NCBI RefSeq assembly: GCF_006345805.1
Contig: NW_021833065.1
Location: forward strand, 372,001 to 436,000
DNA: 64,000 nucleotides
Direction: 5' to 3'
Source: Octopus sinensis
Lineage: Eukaryota
The notes below the pieces were generated by a model. It was not told the origin of the DNA, ran no database searches, and saw only the letters and a program-made list of their open reading frames with translations. Made by a program: the position numbers and the translations under genes. This document shows, one piece after another, positions 26,234-58,020 of this stretch. The first letter of the stretch is position 1, and each line of letters starts with the position of its first letter.

Positions 26234-29200
26234 TGTGTGTGTGTGTGTAAAAAGTTTGTTTCATAATCATGGTGATTTTATTTATTTATAATCAGCTTGC
26301 AAATGTCAAGAGAAGAGAAAAACCAAACATATACACATCTATGCTCTCATACATATACACTCACAAAACACTTTTTTGACCCAGGACTAGGGTAGAAGAT
26401 AGTTGCTCAAAGTGCCATGCAGTAGAACTGAACCCAAAACATGGTTGTGAAACAAATTTCTTACACACACACACACACACTCTTGTTCAGATTATTCTGA
26501 GATCTTTTGTTTGCAATCTTTTGTCAAAACATGTCCAGTCATTAAGCTGCTTGTTGTTGAAAAGACTATTGGGAATATTACCTTACTTGGAAACAGATGA
26601 AATTTGGTATCAGAAAAAGCATTTAGACATAGAAAATCTACCTCAAGTTTTCATCAGACCTATGCAAGCATGGAAAAGTGGATGTTAAAACTATGACTTT
26701 TATATACATGTACACATAGTAAGAAAGACTAAGAAAATAATACTCCATCCCTTATGAATCATGATAGGCTCAAATTCAATTATAAATTACTGTCTTTAAA
26801 TGACCAATATTTATGCAACAAAGTCCACTTTGTTGATGATTACATTTAAATTATTGACCTTAATTTCATTACAGTTACAGAAACATGGGCACATCCTTTA
26901 CTCTGTGATGGTATTCTTAGCATAAGCTGACAATAACTTGTTTCTCTAAGACCTCTTTAATCATCATGGGGATGGTGTGACCTTTAATCATCGTGGGGAT
27001 GGTATGTTCACATGAGTTGCTTTTCAGCAATTTCTGTAATTTGAACTAATTATAGCAAGAGGTATTTTTCTGCAGCATTCATATAAGTGCATCGACACTT
27101 CTACTTGGAGTTGTTTACTGTAATCCAGACTTCCATCAAGACACACAGCTATCTGACATCCTCAGGGCTGCATCTAGGAAAACAGCCACCCATCTTTTCA
27201 TCACTGGCAATTTCAATTACCCCACAGATAAATTGGGAAATCTTTTATTGGTCACATAGTGTTTGAGTTCCTTGACTTGGATTCAAACTGGTTCCTAGCA
27301 GTCACTTCCCACCACAAGAGGTAACAACACTTTGGATCTGCTATTCATCACTACTCCTGAAGCTGTTCTCAGTGTTACTATCAAGAAATGTTTAAATGAC
27401 TCCAATCATGCTGTGATCATTGCAAATCTGTCTTTTATGGGCAGAAAGAAAAGTTGTGCTACTTTACATTAAAAATAAAATGATCTTTAACAGGCTACCA
27501 GTTACAAATAGGCAAAAGAAGAAAAGATTTGATTCTAAATGACCCCCAAGTGTATCAGTTATTGTTGTTAAAACATAATTCTTTTATTGAAGTTCCAACT
27601 GATAAATAGCCAACCCTAAACTGGTTTGTTTTATAACTTTTTTTTTATCCTTTTTTTTCATGTCAACTTTTCTGTCTTTGATATCTTTTAAAAGGCTTGA
27701 ACTTGAAGCTCAGCTCCAAGAATTACAAAGGCAAAATTCAGATCAAATTAATGTATGGCAAGCTGAGAAAGATATTTTGGAAGACAAGATAAAAGATGTT
27801 ACGGATTCCAAAAATCTTGTTGAGAAAGAACTTTTAATACTAAAGTAACTATCTAAAGTTTTATTTCTTATTATTTGTATATATTTACCAAAAGAAACTA
27901 CTTTATAATATTCAGTAGGATTCTTATTTTCCATTTGCTGAACACTTGTATTCTTCCTTGTTTATTATTGATAAAATCAAAGGCACCTGTTATTAGATTC
28001 AAACATTTGTTTTAAAAATAAAATGCTGGTTAGGAAGTTAATAGAATATGTTATCAATCAAAACTGTTATTGATAGTCTTCAAGTTGAGAAGCAATTAGG
28101 TGAGAGCCCCAGGTAGTTTTCTGTTTCAAAATTGATAAAAGTAAGCCACCTTCTGAAACTGAAATTATTCATAGTAAAATATCATATTAAAAACATTTCA
28201 AAAATTGAATTTGAAATTTGAACACATTGAAATTTAATAAAATGTTGAAATTTTAATCAAACTTTAATCACAGTTTAATTTTGACAAAAATTTGTGGCTG
28301 TGTGGTCATGAAGTTTGCTTTCCAACCACATGATTTTGAGTTCAATCCCCCTGCAAGGTATGTTGGCAAAGTGTTGTCTACTATAGCTATTGGCTGTCCA
28401 AAGCCTTGTGAGTTGATTTAAATGTAGGAAGATGAAAGAAGCCCCTCATGTGTATGCATTTGAGTTTAAGTGTGACTATATTTATGCTTCCTTGTCTTGA
28501 CATTGCATGATAGTTGTAAAATGATTGTCACTGTCATACAAGCAGTGGCATTGATTTCCAATATTCTGCAAGAAAATACCTGGCCATGGGAAATAATACC
28601 TTGCTTGGAAATGAGGGTTAGTGACACGAAAAGCATCCAACCACCGAAAAGCTGCCTCACTAAAACTCCATCCAACCCATGCAATCATGGAAAAGTCAAC
28701 ATTAAAACAATGATACACACACTTACCTGGGTGGTTAATGATAGGAAATATATTCACATGTAAATATATTTTACAATTATTGAATGTTAAATTAATTGAT
28801 TATGTACTTTTTAAGTCTGATTTTGAATTTTTTTTCTGAAGTGACATGTGAGTGTCTCTAACTGTATTTCTCTTAATTCTTCAACTACTATTTTTTTTTC
28901 AAGGGCTAAAGTAGATCATGAACGTTCTGTGAAAGATGAATTAGAGCAGGAAAGATCTGATAATCGGGCTCTGCGCAGTCAAGTAAATTCTTTGCAAGCT
29001 GAAATCAATCATTTACATTTAGAAGAACATAATATGTCAGACAAGTGCCAGCGTTTACGGAGTTCGGTTGAAAAATACCGATCTGAAGTGAAGCGTATTG
29101 AGGAAACAACAAAGAAAAATGACCAACAGACTGAAGAACAGCTACACAAGCAAAAGCATATGTGGAAAGAAAATCTGGAACGTATAGAAAAACGAAATGA

Positions 29201-32200
29201 AGAACTCGAGAAAAAATGTAAGATTAATTTTGAGAGACTGTCAGCTGCTGCCAGTATTCATGAAAAAGTAAGTTTGAAAAGATTGTTTTTATTGGAATCT
29301 GAAATGTTCTCTACAATTCTGTTTCATTGCATCATCATGATCATCATCTAATGTCCATTTTCTATGCTGGCATAAGTTGAATGGTTTGACAGGAGCTGGT
29401 TAGGCAGAAGACTGCACTAGATTTCATTGTCTGTTTTGGCATGATTTTTATGGTTGGATGCCCTCCGTAATGCCATCCACTTTACAGAGTGATCTGGGTG
29501 CTTTTTACATGGCATCAGCACAGGTAATGTCTGCTTTGACACAGTTTTTACAACTGGATGTTTTTTATGTTGTACTAGTACTGACAAGATCACCTAGTAA
29601 CTTGCAAGACAAAACTTCTTTGCGGGGCAGGTATTGTAGGAGGTGGCCTTGTACCAGGTAATGAGATGTTAGAGTGTGACAGAGGCACAAAAATAGGTGT
29701 TTTGCTGTAGAGGTGATACATGGTTGCTCCAGTCAGAGGAAGAGTGAGAGAGTAATCAAGAATGAGAGCGAGAGAGGGAAAGACCAGTTTGTTCATAATT
29801 ATAGTAGAATAAGAGTAAACCACTGTTCTTGGGATTCACTGTTGTGAAGAAGGCATTTGACAGGGTACCATGCCCAGTAACTTGGTAGTTATTAAGGTAA
29901 CTAGCTATAGATGAATGGCTTGTGAAGGCTATGCTAGCTATCTACAAAGATGCAATAAGTAAAGGAGAACAACAATTTCATTGACAAATTTAGCATGAAG
30001 GTAGGAGTCCATCAAAGTTTAGTCCTTAGTCACCTTGTATTCATTATAGTTTTACATACCATCACAGAGAAGTCTAAGACTGGCTATCTTATATTACTCA
30101 GTCAAATGTAACATTTTTTTATTTATATTTTTTTCTATTAATCATGCATTATCTCATAACTAAGATTTCAACGATGTGATTGTTTATTTTTGAAAATGAT
30201 ATTGTAGGGTAGGTATAAAAAGGCCAGAGATGATCGGTTTAAGCAGAAAACATGTAGAATATTTTGGCCTGATGTGGCTAAAAGATTAAACCTATGCAAC
30301 CATGCCTGTACCTTATTACAAAATAATAAAAATTGTTTCAATAGTATGAGCCAAAAATGTAGATATAAAGTGAATTCTAAATCAACTCATGTGAACGTGA
30401 CCTGGGTGTTATTGTTGACAGTGATTTGCGTTGGACAAAACACATCGCTAAAATTGTCAAGAAGGCTGAGGGTGTCTTGGCATCACTCACCAAATCCTTT
30501 GTGAGCCGCTCTCCAACTATCTATCTGCGGCTTTATATAGCTATGGTAAGACCTCACCTGGAATTTGCATCACCGGTCTGGAACCCCTATCTTGCCCAAG
30601 ATTTCAATCGTTTGGAAGCCGTTCAGCGACGTGCAACCAAAAGAATACCCTCCATCAGGCATTTGCCATATCCTGAACGCCTTACTTCCCTGGGCATGGA
30701 CACATTGAAACTCCGACGTCTGGCAGCTGACTTGGTAGACACCCATAAAATTATCAACCATCGTACAAACAATAACTCTGAGCACCTTTTCAAACTCCAC
30801 CCATCTAACACCCGTGGACATATTTACAAAGTCAGAAAACAGCACAGCTCCCATGACTTTCAGAAACCTTTTTTCACGCTGAGAGTTGCTGAAGCATGGA
30901 ACGAACTCCCGGCATCAGTTGTTAGTTGTCGGAGCACTGCATCCTTCAAAACTTCCATGCTTTCTGAGATTCGCTAACACTACACCTGATTTTCTCCCCT
31001 CCATACACACACAAGCATGTATCTGACTCATACATTGTTTGCTTTCCAGACATTTGTACATTACTGCATATACTCTGACAAGTTGTGGTGCACCTGAGCA
31101 CTGTATACAATAATTTCATTATTATATTATTTTTTATACCTGCACCAAATTAAAAAGTTTGCTTCTCATTTACAAAACCCAGCACTCAATCCCTTGCATG
31201 TGACACATGTCTTTTACTGTATCCTTGGGTTAACCCATACCTTTTGAGTGAAATCGGTTGATGGAAACTGTTTGGAAGCCTATCAAATGGATTGTGGCTG
31301 TAATTCAGTGTTACACTGTCACACTGCTTCCACCCATGTTAAGAATACATGTTTCTGGAATACTCAGCCACTGACATAAGTTTGGTAGTTCAGTTGAAAA
31401 CACATAATTTGTAATTAGGCCCTGAAAGAAAAGTTAGGCATAAGAAGCATCAGATGTGGTGTGCAAGAGAGATGACTGAAAGGAACCTGCGGAAGAGGTA
31501 GACCCAGAAATACCTGAGATGTGGTGGTGAAGTATGACCTTCAAACATTGGGTTCCACAGAAGCATTGACAGGAGACCAAGACCTTTGGAGATATGCTGT
31601 GATTGAGAAGACCTGGCAACAAAAGTGAGATAGCAGCCATGCATGTCCAGCCCAGTTAAGAGTACCCCTGATGTGTCAGGTGATATGATAAACTGAAGAA
31701 GACCTGTTGAGTCAAGTAAAACCAATATCGTAGCTATGGTCAGTGCCCCCTGACTGGGTCGTGTGCCAGTGGCACGTAAAAAGCACCATCCGAACGTGGT
31801 CAATGCCAGTTCCTCCTGACTGGCTCCCATGCCAGCGGCACATAAAAAGCATCATCTGAACATGGCCTATGCCAGTACCCCATAACTGGCTCCCATGCCA
31901 GTGGCACATAAAAAGCACTATCTGAATGTGATCGATGCCAGGACTGCCTGACTGGTGGCACGTAAAAAGCACCCACTACACTCTCGGAGTGGTTGGCATT
32001 AGGAAGGGCATCCAGCTGTAGAAACATTGCCAGATCAGATTGGAGCCTTGTGTAGCCACTGATTCTCCAGACCTCAGTCAAACCATCCAACCCATGCCAG
32101 CATGGAAAACAGATGTTAAACGATGATGATAATGACTATTGTAGGTTTTTTTTTATAGCTTTCAATTTAATATTAAATTTGTATTAAAAAAACCTGATAA

Positions 32201-35200
32201 ATTTGGTTTTAGAAGCAATCAATATAATCCAAGTTATCATTTGTCGTTCTTTTGCTATAATATTTTTTGTGAAGTCCTACTGACATAATCTAGACAATTG
32301 TTCTATACTAGTAGCATAAAAGTTATTTTGATATCTATTTTTTCATTATTGTATGGACGTTTAGTATAAGAAGAAAAGCCTGCTAGCAATTCAGACATTG
32401 AAGAAAAAGCTTGAATTAAAGTGTGCTAAAATTGAAGAATTGGATGCCATGTGCAAAATCTTTGAGTAAGTAACATTTTCATTAATTTCAAGTTTAAAAG
32501 ATGCATATTCCTATATAGGACAGTCTAGGAGAGATTCTTTTATTATGACCAAACTGGGGCACTAACTTTGATGGTTTTAAATTGATTATATCACTATTCA
32601 TTGAGTAGATGGGTCACAACTTGATACTTAAATACAAGATGTTTTTGATCAATAACTGATTTATACCTGTATATATATTGGGTTGGAAGAAAGTAATTTC
32701 GTTTTTCACAAATAGATAGTTACAATTTTTTTGAATGGTTTTTGTCATTGTTAAGATTTTTCCCTTTTGACATTTGATAGCCATTACTTTTAGCTTACTT
32801 TAGAAACAAATTGCACATAATTTTGTTTACAGCTGGTTCAAAGGTCATGCTCCACCAATCATCCCAGGTCTTCCTGGGCCTACCTCTTCCATAAGTTCCC
32901 TCTACTCCTAGGGTGTGGCACTTTTTCACACAGCTGCCCTCATCCATATGCAATACATGACCATACCAGCGCAGTCGTCTCTCTTACACACCACATCTAA
33001 TGCTTTTTATGTCCAGCATAAGGATGCTTACACTCTGTCGTGTATGCACACTGACATTACACATCTAGCAGAGCATACTAGCTTCATTTCTTGCAAGCTT
33101 TTGCATGTCCCCAGCAGTCACGGCCCATGTTTCACTGCCATGTAGCACAGCTGTTTGCTACGTCATACAGTCTACCTTTTACTCTGAGCAAGAGGCCCTA
33201 TGTAGGATGTAGGAGCTCTCTGAACTTTGCTCAGGCTATTCTTATTCTAGCAGCTACACTCTCAGAGCATCCATCCCCACTACTGACATGGTCACCTAGG
33301 TAATGGAAGCTATTAACTACTTCTAGTTTTACCTCCTGGCATACGACGGAAGCTGTTTTCTGCATATTTTCAATTTATTGCCCCTGAGCATTTGCCACAC
33401 ACGGAAACTATCTTCCCAATTAGCCTTCCTTTTATATTGCTGCACCTCTTATGTGAACATAGCTTACACTGGGTACATCTTATGGAGTTTCTACCTACAT
33501 CTTTTCTACAGATCGAGCAAGGCCATCTACCTGAAGGGATTTGTGATTTATCTGTCTTCCTACTTTTTAAGATTTTGGTTTTTGCTAGATTGACTCTAAG
33601 GCCCTTCGATTCTAGACCTTGCTTCCACATCTGAAACTTCTCTCCTAGTTCTAATAGTGACTCAGGTATTAGAGCAAGGTCATCAGCATAGAGAAGCTCC
33701 CAGGGGCATCCTGTCTTGAATTCCTCTGTTATTGCCTGGAGGACTATGATGAATAAGAGGGGGCTTAGAATTGATCCTTGGTGGACCCCTACCCAGAATT
33801 CTTTACTATATTCGTTGCATTCCTGTACATGGCTTGTGCAGCTCTCACTAACCACTCATGTATCCCTAGTTTCTACATTGACCTCCAGATAAGAGATCAG
33901 GGGACCCTGTCAAAAGCTTTCTCCATGTCAATGAAAGCCAGGTATAGAGGTTTATCTTTGGCTAGGTATTTCTCTTGCAGCTGTCTTGCCAGAAATATAG
34001 TGTCAGTGGTGCTTTTCCCTAGCACAAACCCAAACTGCATCTCATCTAGACTGACTCTCTCCCTAATTAGTTGGGCTATGACCCTCCCCATGACTTTCAT
34101 TATCTGATCCAACAACTTGATACCTCTGTAATTATTCGTATCTAATGCATCACCTTTACCTTTGTAGCAGTTGACTATGATGCTACTACACCAGTCAATC
34201 AAACAATAATAACCGAAATAATTGAAACAGTTTTGAATTTATGTGATTACAACTCTCAGTGGCTGTAAAAAAAAGTACTGCAATATGATATAATTCGCCA
34301 GTGTAAAAAGTATTTCCATAGCAAAAACTGAGAAGTGAATTTGCTGGTTAACAGAGTTCAATTTGTATAAAAGTGCTATCTTAGTGTTCTAAACTAATGA
34401 ATATTAATTTCATGGTCATCCTGTAGAAACTGGGTTTCGCCTGAAGAACACAAGAAACTGAAGCTTCAACTCCAGGACTTGCTTTATCGTCATAATGAAT
34501 TTCGTCGCCTAGTCTTCTCAGCTCCTGTGGTTGGAGACAAAGGACCTTTAAACCCGATTCTTCCAAACAATTCTTTTCATAGCAATTTTGAAGAACAGGT
34601 AAGGGTTAATAAATTTTATATTTCTGAAAATTGTTAGCAAGGTATATTTAATTACAATTTTAAAATTATTTCATCAATGTTATCATTGTTTTCCTATAGG
34701 TCTAGAATTTCTTTCCATTCAATCTATGATTAGGTCCCCTTAGTTGAATACACTAACAATCATACTGTGGCATTGGCTCACAGATTTCTTATAATCTTTA
34801 CCCTGTATTTTGACTTTTGAGAGAAAGAATAATGGATAACCACTGAGAAGAGTGACTGTATATTAATTTGATGTGATCACTTATAATACAGGTGACCTGA
34901 TGGAGAAATGTAGTTATAAAGCATAATGGTCTGGGCTTTGAATAAAGATGGATCCAGTGCCATGCCTTGCTATTCGGGTAGCATAGGAGAATGATTAGTG
35001 ATTGAGAGAAAGAAGTAGAGGTGGTTGTAGATAAAGGCTTAACAGGAACATAATCTGCAAGAAACCCAAATGATGATATAATACATCTCAACGTCCATCA
35101 TTATCACTGTTTCAATATCTATTTTGCTGCAGTTATTTGGTTGTATAGATCTCTCCACAACTATGTGTCGCCACTAGTTACAATTCTTTATCATCTCATT

Positions 35201-36894
35201 TTTGAGGTTGAGCTTCTTAGATCAGCCTTCAATACATCATCATGTGAGTTCTAAGATTTTCCCGTTCTACTGGTTCCATCTATTTCAACCACTTGGCACA
35301 TCTTTATGTAACCAACATACTCTATATGTATCATGTACTTGCATAACCTTCTCTCTAGCACACTATCTCTGATTGTCTTATATCATTTTTCTGTTTGTGA
35401 TCTGTTGTTCCTGCATACTAACATTATACATCCAGTGGAGGATGCTTGTGTCATTTCTTACATAGAACCAGGGCGGTTTTGGGCAGGTTGGTATCAAAAG
35501 GATTAAACCATTCACAGGTATCAACATAAAGTCAACACAAAAAAACAGCATCACTAATATATGAACAATCCGTTTAGATAAAATATTACCACTCCTGCTT
35601 GGAACACCACCTTAACAAGCTACAAAGAACATAAAACAACACACTTCACCCCATAATAAGTTGTATATCAATAGCCTTATTAGCTCCAAACTCTGTAAAG
35701 ATGTACAATATCAGTGCAGAGGAACTGTCACATTTTGATCGAGTTCACTGTGGTTACTTACAGAAGCTGGAAGCATACAGAAATAAACTGGACTAAGGCG
35801 GCGAGCTGGCAGAAACGTTAGCACGCCGGGCGAAATGTTTAGTGGTATTTCGTCTACCGTTACGTTCTGAGTTCAAATTCTGCCAAGGTTGACTTTGCCC
35901 TTCATCCTTTTTTGGGGTGGGGGGTGGGGGTCGATAAATTAAGTACCAGTTACGCACTGAGGTCGTTGTAATCGACTTAATCCCTTTGTCTGTCCTTCTT
36001 TGTCCCCTCTATGTTTAGCCCCTTGTGGGCAATAAAGTAATAAGAAATAAACTGGACAGTGAAAAGTGAGTACAATATGTTCAGACAGCCATACTGCATC
36101 CCATACAGACATAATGGCATGATATAATAAGGAAGGTGTATTTGTGCCATGTCTCATCTGTCAGTTCACAACCTATGTGCCACAGGACTGCAAAATCAGG
36201 GTTGATCTGGGGATACATAACTGCCCTAAATATGCACACATAATGGGGTGCACAATATGTTCTTTCATGAGGCAACGCCCTGGCATATGGAATGGGATTT
36301 GTTGATTGTACCTGTTTCTTTATTACCCACAAGGGGCTAAACATAGAGGGGACAAACAAGGACAGACACACGGATTAAGTCGATTACATCGACCCCAGTG
36401 CGTAACTGGTACTTATTTAATCGACCCTGAAAGGATGAAAGGCAAAGTCGACCTCGGCGGAATTTGAACTCAGAACGTAGCGGCAGATGAAATACCGCTA
36501 AGCATTTCGACTAACGTGCTAACGATTCTGCCAGCTCGCCGCCTTTATTGTTGATTGTACCCAACTGTTTGATCAACTTCCTCTGTGTGATAAGTTGAAC
36601 CTGAAGATAAACAATACCACCTATTCATATTAAGTTTTTCAGTAATTTCTAAATATTTTTTCCATGTTCAAGATTTCAGTTTATTTGTTTTATCCACATC
36701 ATTGTATTACCTGACAACTTTTGTAATTACTATTATTGCATATTCAGGACAATTGCCACAGAAAAGAACTTCACCAGTTAAAAGATCGTCTTGAGAAATT
36801 GGACAGCAATCAGAGGGAACAATTAGAAGAACTTCAACATTTTATATCAAATAGCCCACCATCTGTACAACGAAGCTGTAGCAATGAATGTTAA
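12608..36894 (+). CDS. CEP83: Centrosomal protein of 83 kDa (CEP83/CCDC41) orthologue, spliced CDS of about 716 aa
   Basis: join(12608..12807,17469..17844,21210..21458,23189..23435,25151..25295,27695..27844,28904..29267,32365..32465,34427..34598,36748..36894) = 2151 nt, all GT-AG and phase-consistent. Coiled-coil protein with motifs recalled from human CEP83 (TPQQIELIR, RHNEFRRLV, ELHQLKDRLEKLDSNQREQLEEL). Start could be ATG 12608 or 12644. Confidence 0.9.
13325..13497 (+). mobile_element. tRNA-headed SINE (ggctgtgtggt.aagaag.ttgcttcccaac family), partial
   Basis: Head repeated at 15765, 19850, 28290, 39631 and 54311; follows a (GATA)n run. Confidence 0.75.
13504..14297 (-). mobile_element. 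Internally deleted mariner element
   Basis: TA flanks; TIRs about 30 bp (gtatcaaaaggttccaagactagtt / aactagtccaggaactttttgatac); transposase remnants shared with 23690-24685. Confidence 0.75.
14306..14521 (-). mobile_element. MetaSINE-like SINE
   Basis: Contains gaggtcgactttgcctttcatcctttcggggtcgataaa (resembles the Meta domain). Confidence 0.8.
14838..15420 (-). mobile_element. RTE LINE 3' end
   Basis: Terminal 200 bp, repeat units and ORF-tail remnant. Confidence 0.8.
16745..17090 (+). mobile_element. tRNA-derived SINE, third type
   Basis: A/B-box-like head tggctcagtggttag...gagtttgattcc; related remnant near 38170. Confidence 0.55.
17469..17844 (+). CDS. CEP83: CEP83 coding exon 2
   Basis: aacag|A TTA CAA GAA; LQEEVAK...KKSEAE; donor GAG|gtgatg. 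Confidence 0.88.
18740..19348 (+). mobile_element. TTAA-type (piggyBac-like) MITE of about 225 bp interrupted by an RTE insertion at 18915-19289
   Basis: Termini cccttta...aaaggttaa; uninterrupted paralogue at 25339-25563; ACAAT TSD around the RTE. Confidence 0.8.
19349..19581 (+). mobile_element. RTE LINE 3' end
   Basis: One repeat unit, terminal 200 bp and (GAT)n. Confidence 0.85.
20301..21033 (-). mobile_element. Same MITE family, interrupted by an RTE 3' end at 20401-20921
   Basis: caacccttagcattc...aatgctaaagagttaa; the halves join to the reverse complement of 25339-25563. Confidence 0.8.
21210..21458 (+). CDS. CEP83: CEP83 coding exon 3
   Basis: aaaag|GTG AAC; VNNVRAEK...LKKIE; GAA|gtaagt. 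Confidence 0.9.
23189..23435 (+). CDS. CEP83: CEP83 coding exon 4
   Basis: ttttag|GTT GAA; VEKEMLTK...QNTIE; G|gtatcc. Confidence 0.9.
23690..24685 (-). mobile_element. Mariner transposase remnant
   Basis: WQECWDRCIAAQGDYFKG; HTH region EIHQLVYEDTWRTM...LNMQHVFAKFV. Confidence 0.8.
25151..25295 (+). CDS. CEP83: CEP83 coding exon 5
   Basis: tttcag|AT CTA AAA; DLKVQLDV...EVENE; AA|gtgaga; absent from the ORF track. Confidence 0.9.
25339..25563 (+). mobile_element. Uninterrupted TTAA-type MITE
   Basis: ccctttagcattt...gaatcctaaaggg termini; further copy at about 30085-30288 (-). Confidence 0.8.
26183..26248. repeat. (GA)n(GT)n compound microsatellite
   Basis: Direct reading. Confidence 0.95.
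27090..27460 (+). mobile_element. CR1 LINE endonuclease remnant
   Basis: GNFNYPQINWE and GNNTLDLLFITTPE. Confidence 0.7.
27695..27844 (+). CDS. CEP83: CEP83 coding exon 6
   Basis: aaaag|G CTT GAA; LELEAQLQ...ELLIL; AA|gtaact. Confidence 0.9.
28904..29267 (+). CDS. CEP83: CEP83 coding exon 7
   Basis: ttcaag|G GCT AAA; AKVDHERS...ASIHEK; AAA|gtaagt. Confidence 0.9.
30390..31135 (+). mobile_element. 5'-truncated CR1 LINE (open C-terminal ORF of about 190 codons and 3' UTR)
   Basis: ERDLGV...VRPHLEFASPVWNPY...LEAVQRRATK...AWNELP; ATT-rich tail. Confidence 0.9.
31420..32133 (+). mobile_element. RTE LINE 3' end with repeat array
   Basis: ORF tail KYDLQTLG...LWRYAVIEKT, 3-4 repeat units, (GAT)n. 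Confidence 0.85.
32365..32465 (+). CDS. CEP83: CEP83 coding exon 8 (alternative in-frame acceptors could start it at 32371 or 32374)
   Basis: tttag|TAT AAG AAG AAA AGC; YKKKSLLAIQTLKKKLELKCAKIEELDAMCKIF; GA|gtaagt. Confidence 0.8.
32830..34200 (-). mobile_element. RTE LINE RT core fragment
   Basis: NYRGIKLL, QFGF, DMEKAFDRVP, GVHQGSILSPLLF, LLYADDL. Confidence 0.92.
34427..34598 (+). CDS. CEP83: CEP83 coding exon 9
   Basis: ctgtag|A AAC TGG; NWVSPEEH...RHNEFRRLV...FEEQ; CAG|gtaagg. Confidence 0.92.
35797..36047 (+). mobile_element. MetaSINE-like SINE
   Basis: 15-bp TSD AGAAATAAACTGGAC (35779-35793, 36043-36057). Confidence 0.88.
36315..36543 (-). mobile_element. MetaSINE-like SINE
   Basis: 14-bp TSD TTGTTGATTGTACC (36299-36312, 36548-36561). 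Confidence 0.88.
36748..36894 (+). CDS. CEP83: CEP83 terminal coding exon
   Basis: attcag|GAC AAT; DNCHRKELHQLKDRLEKL...SNEC*. Confidence 0.9.
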   Translation, partial: DNCHRKELHQLKDRLEKLDSNQREQLEELQHFISNSPPSVQRSCSNEC

Positions 36895-37904
36895 ACTGAC
36901 ATAATGCTGTTGATTTTTCAGCAAAGCTAACTCCTGCTGCTCACTACCTCTATTAGCCCTGTGATCTTTAAAAAGAATTTATATTAGCTTATCCAGTTTC
37001 TGTTTTCTTTCCTTAATGATATTTGCATACAAAATCAAATGGCAATCATACTACTTTGTTATGACCACTTCATTTTGGTCTGGGATATGGTGATATTATT
37101 GTGTGAATCCCATGTTATTCATATTCATAATTACTTTACTCAGTTTGTTGTCATTAATTGCTATATGTGTGTGAGAATGAAACTAGAATAGCCAAAATAA
37201 GAACAGCATCTCCAACTAAACAGAAGTTGATTGCCAGTGAGGGTCACATCAGAAATTATCAATGATATGGGTTAGCCCAAGTTAATACCGTATTCTGGTT
37301 CATGTGCTGATCAGGGAGAAAAGGTAATATCAAGACAGATTGGTGTAAACAGTGTATTCACTGAGGCAAGTATAAAATTCTTTCTCTCCATTCTTGAAAT
37401 ACTGGTTCTAATTTTTATTGCATGGTGGTTGGAACAATAAAAAATAAAAACATAAGGGTGAAGCTTTTAGTAGTTTAATAGAAATTTTTTTCTCCATGCA
37501 GGCATGGATGGAATAAATAGTTTCTTGGGGAAGTATATTTATATGTTTAAATTATGCTACATGATATAAAAATCACTTCTGAAATGGGTCCGAGATGTAA
37601 AACCAGGTGTCACAAAATAAAATCAGGTGTAACAAAAATAAAATCAGGTGTCACAAAAAATGCAAAACGTTTATTGTGGAATTGAACTCATCATCAATGA
37701 GTTAACAATTCACAAACCACTTACAAAAAAAAAAAACAACTTCTGTGCCAAAATAAAATAATAAAAATTGTTAAATTTGTTTAAAAAAAAATCAAAATTT
37801 TCTTTATTTCGTTTACAAAATTTTAAAAAATAAAGAAATAAAAAAAATATAAAACCTGTTCTCTTCTTTTAAAAATATTAATTCAACAATATTTCTCATT
37901 GATT

Positions 37905-57120
<19,216 letters not shown>

Positions 57121-58020
57121 TTTTGCAGAGTTTTGATTTTAAACGCTAAAATAAAGAAAATTTTAAAATATTGAAATAGATATTTAAATATCAAAATGAT
57201 AAAAGGCTTTTTACTTGAACACACCATTTTATATACTTCTCTTACAACTCATTACATATTCTGAATACTATTTGAAAAGAATACTTTTATCACGAAAACT
57301 TGGTATTGTGTTGTGTCTCTTGGATATTGAACATAAATTTTCTGATTCTCAAATGTATCTAAGCTTCCAAAGCAAGATCTATTAGGGACTACTTTCTTTA
57401 CAGTTTTAATTTGTACATTTTAATATGTACCTCCTCAGCATTAGTATGTCTTGTCTCTATTCCAGAACTTGGAATTACTCCCAAGTTGGCTGATTTGTTC
57501 AACAAACAGTTCTATCCTTTAAAAGAAAGCCACCTTCTTGAAGACATATAAATATAACTATCTTTTGAACAAATAAATTTTGTGACCTTGCCAACGTTTA
57601 TAAAGTGATGCTTGAGATAGGCTTTCCCTATTTAATACTCATTAGTATATATTCTGCAGAGCCAAATTGACTGAATACTCTTTATTTTATACCATACTGA
57701 TAGTCTTTTATCTTTCCTAGAAGCTGCAATCTAAAGTAAATTTGTTGTACTTAAATCAACAGGCAATGTCTGGCATGAAAAATCAAGAGGCCATGATATT
57801 GAGACAATTGGCTCAAATAATTTTTCAGTTCAAATCAACTGAAGATATTTTGTAGGTAAAACACTCAATTCTATTTTTACCTAGTTTTCCTAGCCATTGG
57901 GAATAGGTACCAGATAATCTGGGAATGTTACTGTCAAAAGGTTGTTTAGAAACTAGAGCTCAAATCTTTTATCATCTTTTTGGGGCTACAGAAAGTAATT
58001 AGAAAAGCACTTAGAGAAAG

